From Selaginella moellendorffii (taxonomy: Eukaryota > Plantae > Lycopodiophyta): DNA of 64,000 bases. The notes beneath the pieces are model-generated. The model did no database searches and was not told the origin of the DNA. It worked only from the letters and a program-made list of their open reading frames with translations. The translations under genes and the position numbers were made by a program. Where the stretch lies: contig NW_003314292.1 in the NCBI RefSeq assembly GCF_000143415.4, positions 319,178 through 383,177 on the forward strand, written 5' to 3'. Of the stretch, positions 40,098 to 50,196 are shown piece after piece (positions within the stretch are counted from its first letter, which is position 1; each line of letters opens with the position of its first letter).

Positions 40098-41544
40098 TCA
40101 TGCACACATGGTCACGACGTCAACACATTTACATGGGTGGTCGCTCTCAGTGTGCAGAGCTTCCGAATAGACTCCAGCTTTGATCAGGTGCCACAGCTGG
40201 CCGCACATCCGCGGGACTTGGTAGCGAAATGGATGCAGCTTGACACGCCCCGGGAACGCATCCGCCACCTCCTGGATTGCTCCAGGAATCCGAGGCCGAC
40301 GCTCTTCTGGAACCCGACAACCCGCCAAGCTCTGTATCTCGAGCAGCGTCACACAGCTGCTGCTGCCCATGAGCCCCCACACAAACTGAACCTCGTCGCT
40401 GTTCCACGCGCTCTCGACGTCCACCTCGGTTGAGTAGGGCGAGAAAATGCGGACGCGCAACGGTGCATGCCTGTCACTCCACTCCTCCAGGCTCAACAGC
40501 TGCATAGGATATATATATCAGATCGAGAACTATCACTGAAATCATCCTCCATAATACCTTGATCGCCCTGCGAGCGACTTCGAGCACCTCGAGGCCGTGG
40601 AATGGCTCCAGGAGTGCGGCGAGGTTGACGGAGCGAGGGTGGGGCAAGACCGCCGGACTCAGCAACAGATGCAGCTCCCTGATTCCGCCGAGGCTGGACT
40701 TCCTGCTCACAATGGGCTCGAGCCTCTGCGTGAGGTGGGCAGAGCTAGCAAAGGTGCTGCCGATGGTGAGCATCTTGAGCTTGGACAGGCGCAGGCCCTG
40801 GATGCCCCGCACGTCCCCATGCAGCTTGATCCACTCCACATTGCACGTAGACGGGAGGAGCTCCACGCGCGGCACCGCATTGCAGAACATACAGCGGAGC
40901 TTGGGCATGTCCAAGGCGATAGAAAAGTTGACATGGACGGACTTCCTGGTCCTCAGGAACAGGGAGTCGAGGCTGTGGCTCTCGAGCAGATGCGTGCCGG
41001 GCGATTTCACCACGACGTTGTTCAGCTTCAAATGAACAAGAGATTTCCAGTGCGCGAGGAGCTGCTGCAGGGTGAAAACATCCACTCCTCCCTCAAGAAA
41101 GCACAAGCGGAGATTGGGCAGGATGGGCGGCGCCGCCTCCGCTGGCAAAGGATCGAGCATGGCGTCGATGTGAAGGCAGCGGAGCTTCTGGCAGGCCGCG
41201 ATGCTGCTCCAGAAACCATCCACAAACCGCGTATAGCTGCCGATGGAAAGCGAGTGGAGATTTTTGCCAATCGCCTCTAGCCAGCCAAGCGAACAGCAGC
41301 GCTTGGGTGATGGCGCAGCGCTGAAAGACAAGGATCGGAGGTTGGTACCAGTGTTGCTGCTGCCAAACCAGCGGACGAGGCCTTGCTCCTCGGCGGCGGC
41401 GCTTGTGGATTCCAGGCTGAAATGCGTGACGAGCCTTACCAGATGTGCCCACCGCTTGCTCACCAGAGAACACGAATACAAGTGGCGAGAGGAGAAGAGG
41501 AGGGACAGGATTCGGACGAGCAGCTCGTCGGGAAGGCCGTCCAT
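40098..41544 (-). CDS. F-box/LRR-like protein, two exons (intron 40500-40557)
   Basis: N-terminal LPDELLVRILSLL...CSLVSKRW F-box and leucine-rich repeats. A GT-AG intron joins ...AIK to LLSLEEW in frame. Confidence 0.85.
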
Positions 41545-41634
41545 CGCCAAAACGCTTTCGCATGATTTTAAACCTTTTGGAAACCCTATAAAACATATTT
41601 AGTTACCAAAAGCCTAAACCAAAAAAGATTAAGT

Positions 41635-41701
41635 TGGGGATGCTAGGATTCGAACCCAGAATTCTTTCTTCCAATGAAATGAGAATTACCACTACACCCC
41701 C
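41635..41701 (-). ncRNA. Degenerate tRNA-like sequence (pseudo-tRNA or SINE head)
   Basis: The minus strand has A-box-like tgtagtggt, B-box ggttcgaatcc in a T-arm-like stem, and a gcatcccca end. The cloverleaf is imperfect. Confidence 0.45.
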
Positions 41702-41783
41702 TTAAACATCTGTATTTAATAAAGACTTCTAATTTGTCATAAAGGAATTCAAACTCTGCATAAACACATTCACTTAGAAATTT

Positions 41784-42440
41784 CTAGCTTACAGATTGGA
41801 TGGTAGATCGTTTGTGAGGTCTTGAATTTGTGCTCGGTTTGTTGGACATCAACCGAGAAATCTGCCAGTCAGTGAGAAAATTTGGCTCTTCCCGGCTCTG
41901 CTTCTCAATGAGTTTCAGGTAGGCGTAAACGATGGACAGGCGGTAGACGCCTTCCTGGGCCTCGGGATCGCCCTTTCCACCACAAACCCTTTCGATGTCT
42001 CCAAACACGTTGGCTAGAACAGCGCTGTGCACCAGCGGCTCCTGATCCTCCTCTCGCTGCTCGCCCCTCGCGAAGCTCTCGATCGTCTTCTTGAGCTTGG
42101 CATCCTTCACTTTGCGCGCGTCATGGAGGATCTCCTGGCAGCTCTCTGGAAACGTAAAGAGGTTCCCATAGTTTTCGCTGGCAAAGGTCATGGCCAGGGA
42201 GTCTATCAAAGTGATTATGTATCTGGCCTTTTCGCCCATCCCACCCCTGGCCAATCTTACGAAGGCTGACGCGTCGCGGAGATATCTACACATGTTGTAC
42301 GTAAAGGAGACTTGCATGTCCGTCAACTTTGTGCGCGACACCTGTTTTAGGGCGCTCTCGCTGACATCTTCAATGGATCTCCGGAACCTGCAGCAGCTGG
42401 CTTGCAATTGCTCGGCTGGGCCTCTCCAAATCGGCTTCAT
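41784..42440 (-). CDS. Hypothetical protein (~218 aa, intronless, family unknown)
   Basis: Long GC-rich ORF bounded by AT-rich spacers; ATG at 42440; no motif recognised. Confidence 0.55.
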   Translation of the reverse strand: MKPIWRGPAEQLQASCCRFRRSIEDVSESALKQVSRTKLTDMQVSFTYNMCRYLRDASAFVRLARGGMGEKARYIITLIDSLAMTFASENYGNLFTFPESCQEILHDARKVKDAKLKKTIESFARGEQREEDQEPLVHSAVLANVFGDIERVCGGKGDPEAQEGVYRLSIVYAYLKLIEKQSREEPNFLTDWQISRLMSNKPSTNSRPHKRSTIQSVS

Positions 42441-42592
42441 TTCCTTCAACTGTGAGTGAAGAACCCTAAGTTCTTCTCTGATTATAGTAAGAAAAAGGTT
42501 CCCAAAAAAGTGGTACTTATAAAAGCATTGGTTTATCCAAAAAAAGGATTAAAGATTAGGGCTCTTCATGTCCCTAAAATTAGGGCTCTTGG

Positions 42593-43188
42593 ATGGAGTT
42601 CGGGATGCTTCCGGCTCTCGGGCTAATCTTGCTGCTTCCGCTCGTCTTCTTCTACCTGTCGTCAAGAAGAGGTTTGCGATTTCTCTCTCGGGTGTTTTTA
42701 ATTTTGTTCTTTCATCGAATCTCCATCTCCAGCGAAATCGCGATCGAATAGCGCAAATCTGGGCAATGCAGATGGATCAAAGGTGAGCTCTGGCTGTATT
42801 TTGCTTCTTATTTAGTTTTTCGATCGCTCTAAAGGGACGCAAGTCTTACACGCTCGCCGAAGTGAGCAAGCACAAATCCAGGGACGATTGCTGGATCATT
42901 GTCAAGAACAAGGTAGCATTGGAGATTCTAGAGGGTAAAATCTGGAGAATTTTTTTTTACCGCAGGTTTACGATGTGACTTCGTACGTGGAGGAGCATCC
43001 GGGAGGCGATAGCATTCTAAACAACGCTGGTGGTCATTCCACCGAAGGATTTTTCGGGTAAAAAAGGTTTTTTTCACTCTTACTGCGGTTTAAATCCCGT
43101 TTTTTTTTCTCCTCACAGACCGCAACATGTAACGAGAGTTTTCCAGATGATCGATGATTTTTGCATTGGCGAACTTGAATCGTCATAG
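42593..43188 (+). CDS. Cytochrome b5-like protein with an N-terminal membrane anchor, multi-exon
   Basis: MEFGMLPALGLILLLPLVFFYL TM segment; [36 protein letters not shown]...GPQH...IDDFCIGEL; GT-AG introns; TAG at 43186-43188. Confidence 0.9.
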
Positions 43189-43645
43189 GAGCGATGTAGT
43201 TTTTCTTTTTCATGCTAGTCCACAGGTTCGAACACCAGACTGGAAAGAGGATATCCTTTGGGTGTGAAGGGGATATTCTTTTGGTGTAGTGTGATCTCCA
43301 TATTCGAACACGAGACTGGCGGCCAAAGAGGATATTCGTTGGGTGATCATACAGGCAACTGGAATGTGGAAGCGGTGATTGTGTGACGCACGCTCCTCCT
43401 CGAAATTTCAGCGCGCTAGGGTGTAATGATGCGCTGCGCTGTGCCGATCCTCTAGAAATCTGGCCGGATTTCGGCGCCGATCGCTCGAGGTTTGCTCGAA
43501 ATCCATCCTGTTTCCTGCGGCATTCTTCTTGATTTGTGGGAATTCTCGGCGTGCTCGTTGATTCAAGGTAGCATCGTCTCGATCTTGGAATCGCGCCAAG
43601 AACCTAGGTTTTTCATCCGTCTTTCTTGCTGTGCAGGCGATCGCC

Positions 43646-43910
43646 ATGGGAATCTGCCACATTCCCGAGAAATCGAGGCAGCTCCTGGATTTCCTTCGCA
43701 AGAACCGGATATTTCTCGCGATCGGCGTCATCGGCTTGGTCTTTTGCATCGCGCTCTTCACCCGCCCGTGGGATGCGAGCGCGCATCGCCAGGATCGAGT
43801 GAGCCACGCCTTTAGCTTCAACCATGGCGCCGATCGAGGTAAAGTGCCGCTCCAAAATTCTCTCGCGGATCGTCCACCGATGATAAAGACAAGGCGTTTG
43901 TTGCTGGTAG
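43646..43910 (+). pseudogene. Possible 5' fragment of a type II membrane protein gene
   Basis: ATG at 43646 with a basic stretch and a TM helix (RKNRIFLAIGVIGLVFCIALF); no identifiable continuation. Confidence 0.35.
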
Positions 43911-44104
43911 GACAAGTCGTTCTAAAACAGCTCAAAGCTTTCTTTCTTTTTTCTTTCTTTCTTCTTACTCATCCTTTGTCTTACAGGCCATGGATGGCGA
44001 CAGCGATGCTCATCTCGACTGGGTATGAGTTCTTCGCAGCGCTGTGTATAGAGCTTGGTTTACGAGAGATTGCTCTCCAAGTCATTCATGTGAGTGGTCC
44101 CTTT

Positions 44105-44551
44105 GGTTTTCTAGCTTTCTCTTGTTATATCAAAACCAGTTTGATGTTTCGAAGTCCCGGAAAGTTCTCAAACACTTTTCAAACTCTTCCTGGGATCGGG
44201 ATCTCGTTCCGCGATAACTTCGTCGGGTGATTTTCGTTTTTCCTGGCAGGAAAATCCGTGCGAGTTGTTTAGTCAGGTCAATAAAAACTGGTGGTGAGGT
44301 ACGGATAATGGTAAATGTCTATCCTCTTCGATCTTTACCGATCTGTAGACCAGGTAAGTAACTCTCACTCTGGGCTTAACTTGTGCTCGGTACCTTGACT
44401 TTGGCTTTTCTTATAGATTTCGTTGCTACGAGGTAAACGTCAGAAGTTACTCGTTGAGAGCGTGAAACTCGTTTCTACCCACCGGCCCTCGTGGTTTGTT
44501 TCTGTCGTTGCTTCGAACAAGAACTATTTCATTCCAATTTCCCAGGTTGCA
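44105..44551 (-). pseudogene. Deleted partial duplicate of the PTAC6 3' region
   Basis: Collinear with 45341-45951, with several internal deletions. Confidence 0.85.
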
Positions 44552-44714
44552 TAACCCGCGATCTGGAGACCGATGAAGAGGAGCCTACATTTTTCTCTCT
44601 CTCAAGAATGATCAAGGTATTCATTTTGCGTTATTGATGAGATTCAGCTCATATTCTTGGTTTTTGGTGTCAAACAAGGTCTCACTCAGACAGTCATGGG
44701 TGGTGGTAGCGGCG

Positions 44715-45240
44715 CCGCTATTTGTTCTTCCCAATCTAAGATGATAGTGGGCCTGGATTTTGGACTACATTTTCAGAGACGATCGGAGATTGATCAAGAG
44801 GAGAACAAGAGAGACTTCTACAAGAAAGAGACGGGCTCCCTTCCTCAAAACAACGTGATTTTGCAGGTAAACGCTTGGGAAGTCCTGTTTTAACTTTTAC
44901 AAGTTCAAAACCACGGTAATTGTCGGTTTCAAAGTGTAACTCGCAATTTTTCCCGGATCAGAGGATCAGAGATCGGTGTGCATGGAGTTTTTCAGCTCGA
45001 GTTCCGAAATTGCTCCCCGTTACGTCACTGATCCGGGCTGCAAGAGACTCGCGGAGTACGACTTCGACATGAGCGAAAATGTGGAGCTTGGGAAGAATCG
45101 GAACGTTCTCGTGTCAAAGAGCATCGAAAGTGTCAACTTTGGAAAGAACCGCCAGCCCGAGGAGCTCTACTGCGTTGATCTTTGCACAGGGAGGAGGATG
45201 GAAGGCACCGTCAATAAAAAGACGAAATCGAGAAAATAAC
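44715..45240 (+). pseudogene. HSP70/HSPA12-like gene fragments
   Basis: KMIVGLDFG (phosphate-1 motif) followed shortly by C-terminal-like PRYVTDPGCKRL..DMS; most of the domain is missing. Confidence 0.5.
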
Positions 45241-45364
45241 TCTACAGGTAGTTTTTCTTCCTCGTCTGTCATTTTCGTTGTGTTCTCCATTTTCTTTCGG
45301 GTATAATGTTTTCTTATGCATTCTATGCATGATTAAGGCTGGTTTTCTAGCTCTCTCTGTTATA

Positions 45365-46651
45365 TCAAAACCAGTTTGACGTTTCAAAGTCCCGGAAAGT
45401 TCTCAGATACTTTTCAAACTCTTCCCGGGATCTCTTCCATTCGAATTCCGCGATAACTTCGTCGGGTGATTTCCGTTTTTCCTGGCAGGAAAGATTTGTG
45501 CGAGTTGTTTGGTCAGGTCACTACAAAACTTACGTACCTGTGGAATAATGGTAAATGTCTTTCCTCCGTCTCTGATGGTGAGAATCTCTTTGCTTCTATC
45601 TCGATCCTTACCGCCAGGAACTTCGATCTGTAGACCAGGTAAGTAGCTCATTCCGGACTTAACTTGTGTTCGGTACCTTGACTTTGGCTTTTCTAATAGA
45701 TTTCGTCGCTCCGTCCAGCACAAACACCTTTTCAAAGTTGAGGACGAAGTTTGGGGCCTCCATCCTCCGGTTTCTATAGTGCTTTATAAGGAAAACCTTC
45801 CTTGAGAAACAAACGGAGACGTTAGTTCGGACGGGGTAACATCAGAGCTTACTTTGAGAGCGTGAAACTCGTTTCTGCCCATCGCCTCTCGTGGATTGTT
45901 TCTGTCGTTGCTTCGAACAAGAACTATTTCATTCCATTTTCCCAGGTTGCACCTCGTATTCTGCTTAAAGAAACGTAACGTTTGTGACACGCAGTGAGCG
46001 AGAGACCATGGTTCACGAACCTGCTTCGGCATTTTCCCGATAACCTTGGGGATTGAATAAACGTCAGTATCCGGAGGCGTGACATACATCTGAAAGATCC
46101 ATTCAGCCAACGAAGGTAGCGAACACCAGCTTTAAACTTACTTCTCTGAAATCATACACGTTGTCGTCAGGATCGGGTACCTTTCGAATGAAGAAATCAC
46201 ACTCGTGGAGGCTGATTTTGTGAAACTCGTCCTCGTTGATCTTGTACTCCACAACCGTTCCCGCCGCGACAACGCTCTCTAGCCTGTCCTCAGTTGCTCC
46301 ATCCGCTGCTTCAGGGCCTGCTTCAACGGGAGCAGCGGCAGAAGCAGGAGGAGGTAAGCCAAATCCAAGCAGTAGCTCCTCGGCAGTCTTGTCAGCTCCC
46401 TCGTCCAGCATGTCCAGAGTAGACTCGATTTGATCATCTATAACATCCTCCACACTGTAAAGATCATCGTCTCCAACACCCACCTGCATTCGGTATCTCT
46501 TCCTGTGCACTACTACACTGCTACTAGCACTACCTCCTAACGCATTTATCCTCGCATTGTTCTTTCCAGAGACTTGTAGCAGAAGATGGTGGCTCCTCTT
46601 GCTGCACCGTGGCAGGGCGCTCGCAAGTTCTGCTAAACTCAAGGTAGCCAT
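45365..46651 (-). CDS. PTAC6: Plastid transcriptionally active 6 (PAP8)
   Basis: YKINEDEFHKISL..CDFFIRK.PDPD..VYDFRE|MYVTPPDTDVYSIP; ends FRDFETSNWF with TGA at 45365-45367. Confidence 0.9.
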
Positions 46652-46705
46652 CGCCAGAAACCCTGAACCTTAAAGCCCCTGCCTTGGAGGATGTATTACT
46701 AGCTA

Positions 46706-48640
46706 ATGCATGCTGGTTTTGCTGTTAGAGCAGTAAGAAATCTTCCTCTTGCTTACCGTGATGTTTTCCAGGATCTGGATGCTGTTCTAGGCAGAGACTC
46801 CGCTACGATTGACACTTACGCCTCTCTACTGCGGCAATGCGCTCAGACCAAGTCGATCCTTCAAGGCAAACGGGTCCACGACCATATCGACAGATCCGGA
46901 TACAAGGGACACACTTTCCTCGGGAATTTGCTCGTGGATATGTACGGGAGCTGTGGAAACTGGGAGGCCGCCAGGGCTGTGTTCGATGGCATCAAGGAGC
47001 CCAACGTTTTCTCGTGGAATCTGCTGATCAAGGCTTATGCCACGAATGGGTTTCTGCGAGAGGCACGGCTTGCGTTTGAGGGAGCTCCGCAAAAGAATGC
47101 AGTGACTTGGACTTCGCTGTTTGGGTGGTATGCGAAGGGTGGGCTGCTCCAGGAAGCCAGCCGGATGTTTGAGAAGATGCCCGAGTGGGACTTCATTTCG
47201 TGGACGAGCATGTTTACGGCATATGCCCAGAGCTGGCAGCCTCAGGTGGCGAAAGGAATGTTCGACAGAATGCCTTCGAGGGACGCTGCGTGCTGGAACG
47301 CAATGTTTACTGCGTGCGCGCAGAACGGAAGCCTGGTTAGAGCCAAGACTGTTTTCGAGAGGATGCCGCAGTGGAATGTCCAGTCCTGGAACGGAATGAT
47401 CACAGCGTATGCTCAAGACGGGGGGCCGCAGCAAAGCAAGAATCCTTTCGAAGGTGGTGATATACTTTCGAAAAGCAGGCTTTTCTCCTGGTCGGAAAGA
47501 AGTCTACTTCGAGATAACTCAACAGGGATGACACAAGAGAAGGATCATTGCAGAGAAGCAAGGAGTTTGTTCGATGGAATACCGGAGAGGAATGGAATCT
47601 CGTGGGCTGCTATGATCGGAGCTTATGCAAAGAAGGGGAAGCTTGTCGAGGCACAGGGTCTGTTTCAGAGAATGCCCAGTCTCGACTTAGTAACCTGCAC
47701 CACCATGCTCGAAGCGTATGCCCAACACGGCTATACCAAGGATTCAAAGGCACTTTTCGACAGAATGCCCGAGCATGACATGGTGTCGAGAACAGCTATG
47801 GTGCTTGGCTACGCTATCAACGGAGAACTGCACGAAGCTCGGGAGTTGTTCGACAGCATGCCGAGAAAGGACGTGATCTCTTGGAATGTGATCATCTCCG
47901 CATACGCACACAAGGGACAGGACAGAGAAGCGCTGGAGCTGTTTTGGAGAATGGATGTCAAGCCAGACTGTATATCCTTTCTCGTGGTTCTCGACGTGTG
48001 CGCAAACTCCACGATTCTGGAACAAGGAAAGCGTCTCCACGCCAGAGCGATCAGTCACGGCTTGGATTCAAATGCTAAAGTTGCGACGGCGCTGATCAAC
48101 ATGTATGGGAAGTGTGGACTGCTGGGAGTTGCTTTGGAGCTGTTTGAGAAACTCGAGGACAAAGAGGTGATGGCTTGGACGGCGATGGTCGCAGCTTATG
48201 GCTACAATGGACAGGGAAAGGCGGGCTTGATGGTTTTCCACAGGATGGTTATGGAAGGCGTGGAGCCCGACGACATACTCTACATATGCGTTCTCTGCTT
48301 ATGTGGCCACGCAGGGCTGTACAAGGATGGACTCGAGGAGTACCTTTCACTTCAAGGTGACTTCGGTATGGTTCCAACCATGGAGCATTTCGTCTGTGTA
48401 GCTGATCTTTTGGGCCGAGCAGGACATACTTCCCAGGCTCAGGAGCTGCTCGAGAGTATGCCGTTTGATGCCGATGGAACGGCTTGGAAGCTGCTGCTTA
48501 CGAACTGTAAGCTGCATGGAGATTTTGGTCGAGCCGAGATCTTTGGTGAGAAGCTTTTGAAAGCCTCGCCGCAGGCCAGTGCAACGTATGTGCTGCTGTC
48601 TCACCTCTACAGGGAGAGGAATTTGAAGTCTTCATCTTGA
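46706..48640 (+). CDS. PLS/E-class pentatricopeptide repeat protein (644 aa, intronless)
   Basis: Many 31-aa SS-type repeats (FDRMP...SWN.MI.AYA) and an E domain (HFVCVADLLGRAG...YVLLSHLY); no DYW domain. Confidence 0.93.
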   Translation: MHAGFAVRAVRNLPLAYRDVFQDLDAVLGRDSATIDTYASLLRQCAQTKSILQGKRVHDHIDRSGYKGHTFLGNLLVDMYGSCGNWEAARAVFDGIKEPNVFSWNLLIKAYATNGFLREARLAFEGAPQKNAVTWTSLFGWYAKGGLLQEASRMFEKMPEWDFISWTSMFTAYAQSWQPQVAKGMFDRMPSRDAACWNAMFTACAQNGSLVRAKTVFERMPQWNVQSWNGMITAYAQDGGPQQSKNPFEGGDILSKSRLFSWSERSLLRDNSTGMTQEKDHCREARSLFDGIPERNGISWAAMIGAYAKKGKLVEAQGLFQRMPSLDLVTCTTMLEAYAQHGYTKDSKALFDRMPEHDMVSRTAMVLGYAINGELHEARELFDSMPRKDVISWNVIISAYAHKGQDREALELFWRMDVKPDCISFLVVLDVCANSTILEQGKRLHARAISHGLDSNAKVATALINMYGKCGLLGVALELFEKLEDKEVMAWTAMVAAYGYNGQGKAGLMVFHRMVMEGVEPDDILYICVLCLCGHAGLYKDGLEEYLSLQGDFGMVPTMEHFVCVADLLGRAGHTSQAQELLESMPFDADGTAWKLLLTNCKLHGDFGRAEIFGEKLLKASPQASATYVLLSHLYRERNLKSSS

Positions 48641-48689
48641 GAAGGCAGGCATGTCCGTTTTTCTTCTCCCTTTTGCATCCAGGACGATG

Positions 48690-50138
48690 TCACGCGAACT
48701 TGGCTCGAGGTAAACAAGTTCTTTTGATTCTTTCTTGTCTTCCAGTTTTCTGATCAATGACTCTTCTCAGGCTTGCAACGTCATCCCATCTTCCAGCAGC
48801 AGCAAAGATATTGGACAGCAACACAAGAGCTGGAATAGCAGCAGCTCCCTTGGAATCCAGCTCCACCACCCTGTTGGCGACTTGAATTCCTCGATCTACA
48901 TCGCGATGGACACTGCAGGCTCCAAGAAGTGTCAGCCATGCAACCGGATCCCGCTCGAGCTCCTCGGTGCCGCAAATGAGATACTCAGCCTGGTCCAGCC
49001 ATCCGGCTCGTCCAAGAACGTCCACAACGCAGCGGTACTGTTGCTGCAAAGGGAATAGCCGGCAATGGTCGTGCTGCATGCAGCCAAAGCTCCGGATGGC
49101 CTGCTCCAGCTCTCCAGAGTGGCTGCAAGCTCGCAAGATGCTCATGAAGGTCACCTCACTCGGTTGGACACCTTCGAGCTCCATCTCGCGATAAAGCTCC
49201 ATCGCCTGGTCCAGATCTCCGTGCTCAGCAAACGCAGCGATCATCGAGTTCCAGGAGACGTCATTCCGCTCGGCCCCCATCGCCTCGAACTTTTTCCTCG
49301 CGCTGGAGAGGCCCTCGCATCTGCCAAGCAACTGGACAGCCGCATTTTTCACAACGACACTGGCGGAGGCCATGGATTTTTCGAGCAGCCCGGTAGCTTG
49401 GCTGCGGAGATCCGAGGAACCGCACTTGGAGCAGGCGCTTAGAACGCTCGAGTAAGTGAAATCGTCAGCTTGGATGCCTTGTTCTAACATCTTGCTGTAC
49501 AGCGCGAGAGCCTGGCTGCTATGCCCGTTCTGGGCATATCCCGCGAGCATCGTGTTCCAGGACACGAGATCTTTGCAGCGCATCTGATCGAAAAGTTGGC
49601 GAGCCCGATCGATGCTCCCGCACCGTGAGTACATACCCAGGAGCGAATTCTCTACGACAGTGGTGTTCTCCAGGTTTGAGCAGGCGATTCTCTCGTGGAG
49701 TTCCTCACCTCTGGACAGATTTTCCAGCTTGGAGCAGGCGGTGACCGCGTTGGAGAAAGTGTAAGCGTCCGGGGCGACGCTGCTGGAGGAGATCATCCGA
49801 TCGAAAGTGGCGAGAGCTCTGGCGCTGCAATCGTTTTGGAGGTACGCGGCGATCAAGAGGTTGAAGGAGAAGATGTTGGGCTTGGCGATGCGGTGGAATG
49901 CGAGCTCCGCGTCTTCCATGCTGCCGCACTTGCCATACATTTGGACGAGGAGATTGCCGATGTAAGTGTCTCGGTCGTGGTGGCGTTGGGCGATCAAGGC
50001 GTGGAACCTCTTCCCTTGCAGGAGAGATTTCTCGTTGCCAAATCGCTGGAGCGCTTCTGCGTAGGGCGCGGCATTCACTCTCACTCGTTTCTTCTCTCTC
50101 GCAGGAATCGCTAGAGCTTGGCTTTGGACATCCTCCAT
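48690..50138 (-). CDS. PLS/E-class pentatricopeptide repeat protein (482 aa, intronless)
   Basis: MYGKCGS and SWN.M.AGYAQNG repeats; E domain (CVVDVLGRAG, WLTLLGAC, LLSNIFAAAGRW). Confidence 0.93.
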   Translation of the reverse strand: MEDVQSQALAIPAREKKRVRVNAAPYAEALQRFGNEKSLLQGKRFHALIAQRHHDRDTYIGNLLVQMYGKCGSMEDAELAFHRIAKPNIFSFNLLIAAYLQNDCSARALATFDRMISSSSVAPDAYTFSNAVTACSKLENLSRGEELHERIACSNLENTTVVENSLLGMYSRCGSIDRARQLFDQMRCKDLVSWNTMLAGYAQNGHSSQALALYSKMLEQGIQADDFTYSSVLSACSKCGSSDLRSQATGLLEKSMASASVVVKNAAVQLLGRCEGLSSARKKFEAMGAERNDVSWNSMIAAFAEHGDLDQAMELYREMELEGVQPSEVTFMSILRACSHSGELEQAIRSFGCMQHDHCRLFPLQQQYRCVVDVLGRAGWLDQAEYLICGTEELERDPVAWLTLLGACSVHRDVDRGIQVANRVVELDSKGAAAIPALVLLSNIFAAAGRWDDVASLRRVIDQKTGRQERIKRTCLPRAKFA

Positions 50139-50196
50139 TAGAAAGAATTAGGGCTCTTCAACTTTAAAATTTTAAATTTTAAAATTGGCGCCTTTT

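Noticed and set aside
37915-41280. Long antisense ORFs over FtsZ and the F-box gene (also over the PPR and NPF genes)
   Set aside because: These are shadow ORFs from GC-rich codon usage of the real gene on the opposite strand.
26773-46651. Functional cluster of plastid genes (PWD, GluTRBP, FtsZ, PTAC6, PPRs)
   Set aside because: The pathways are unrelated and the genes are interspersed with non-plastid genes; expected by chance in a compact genome.
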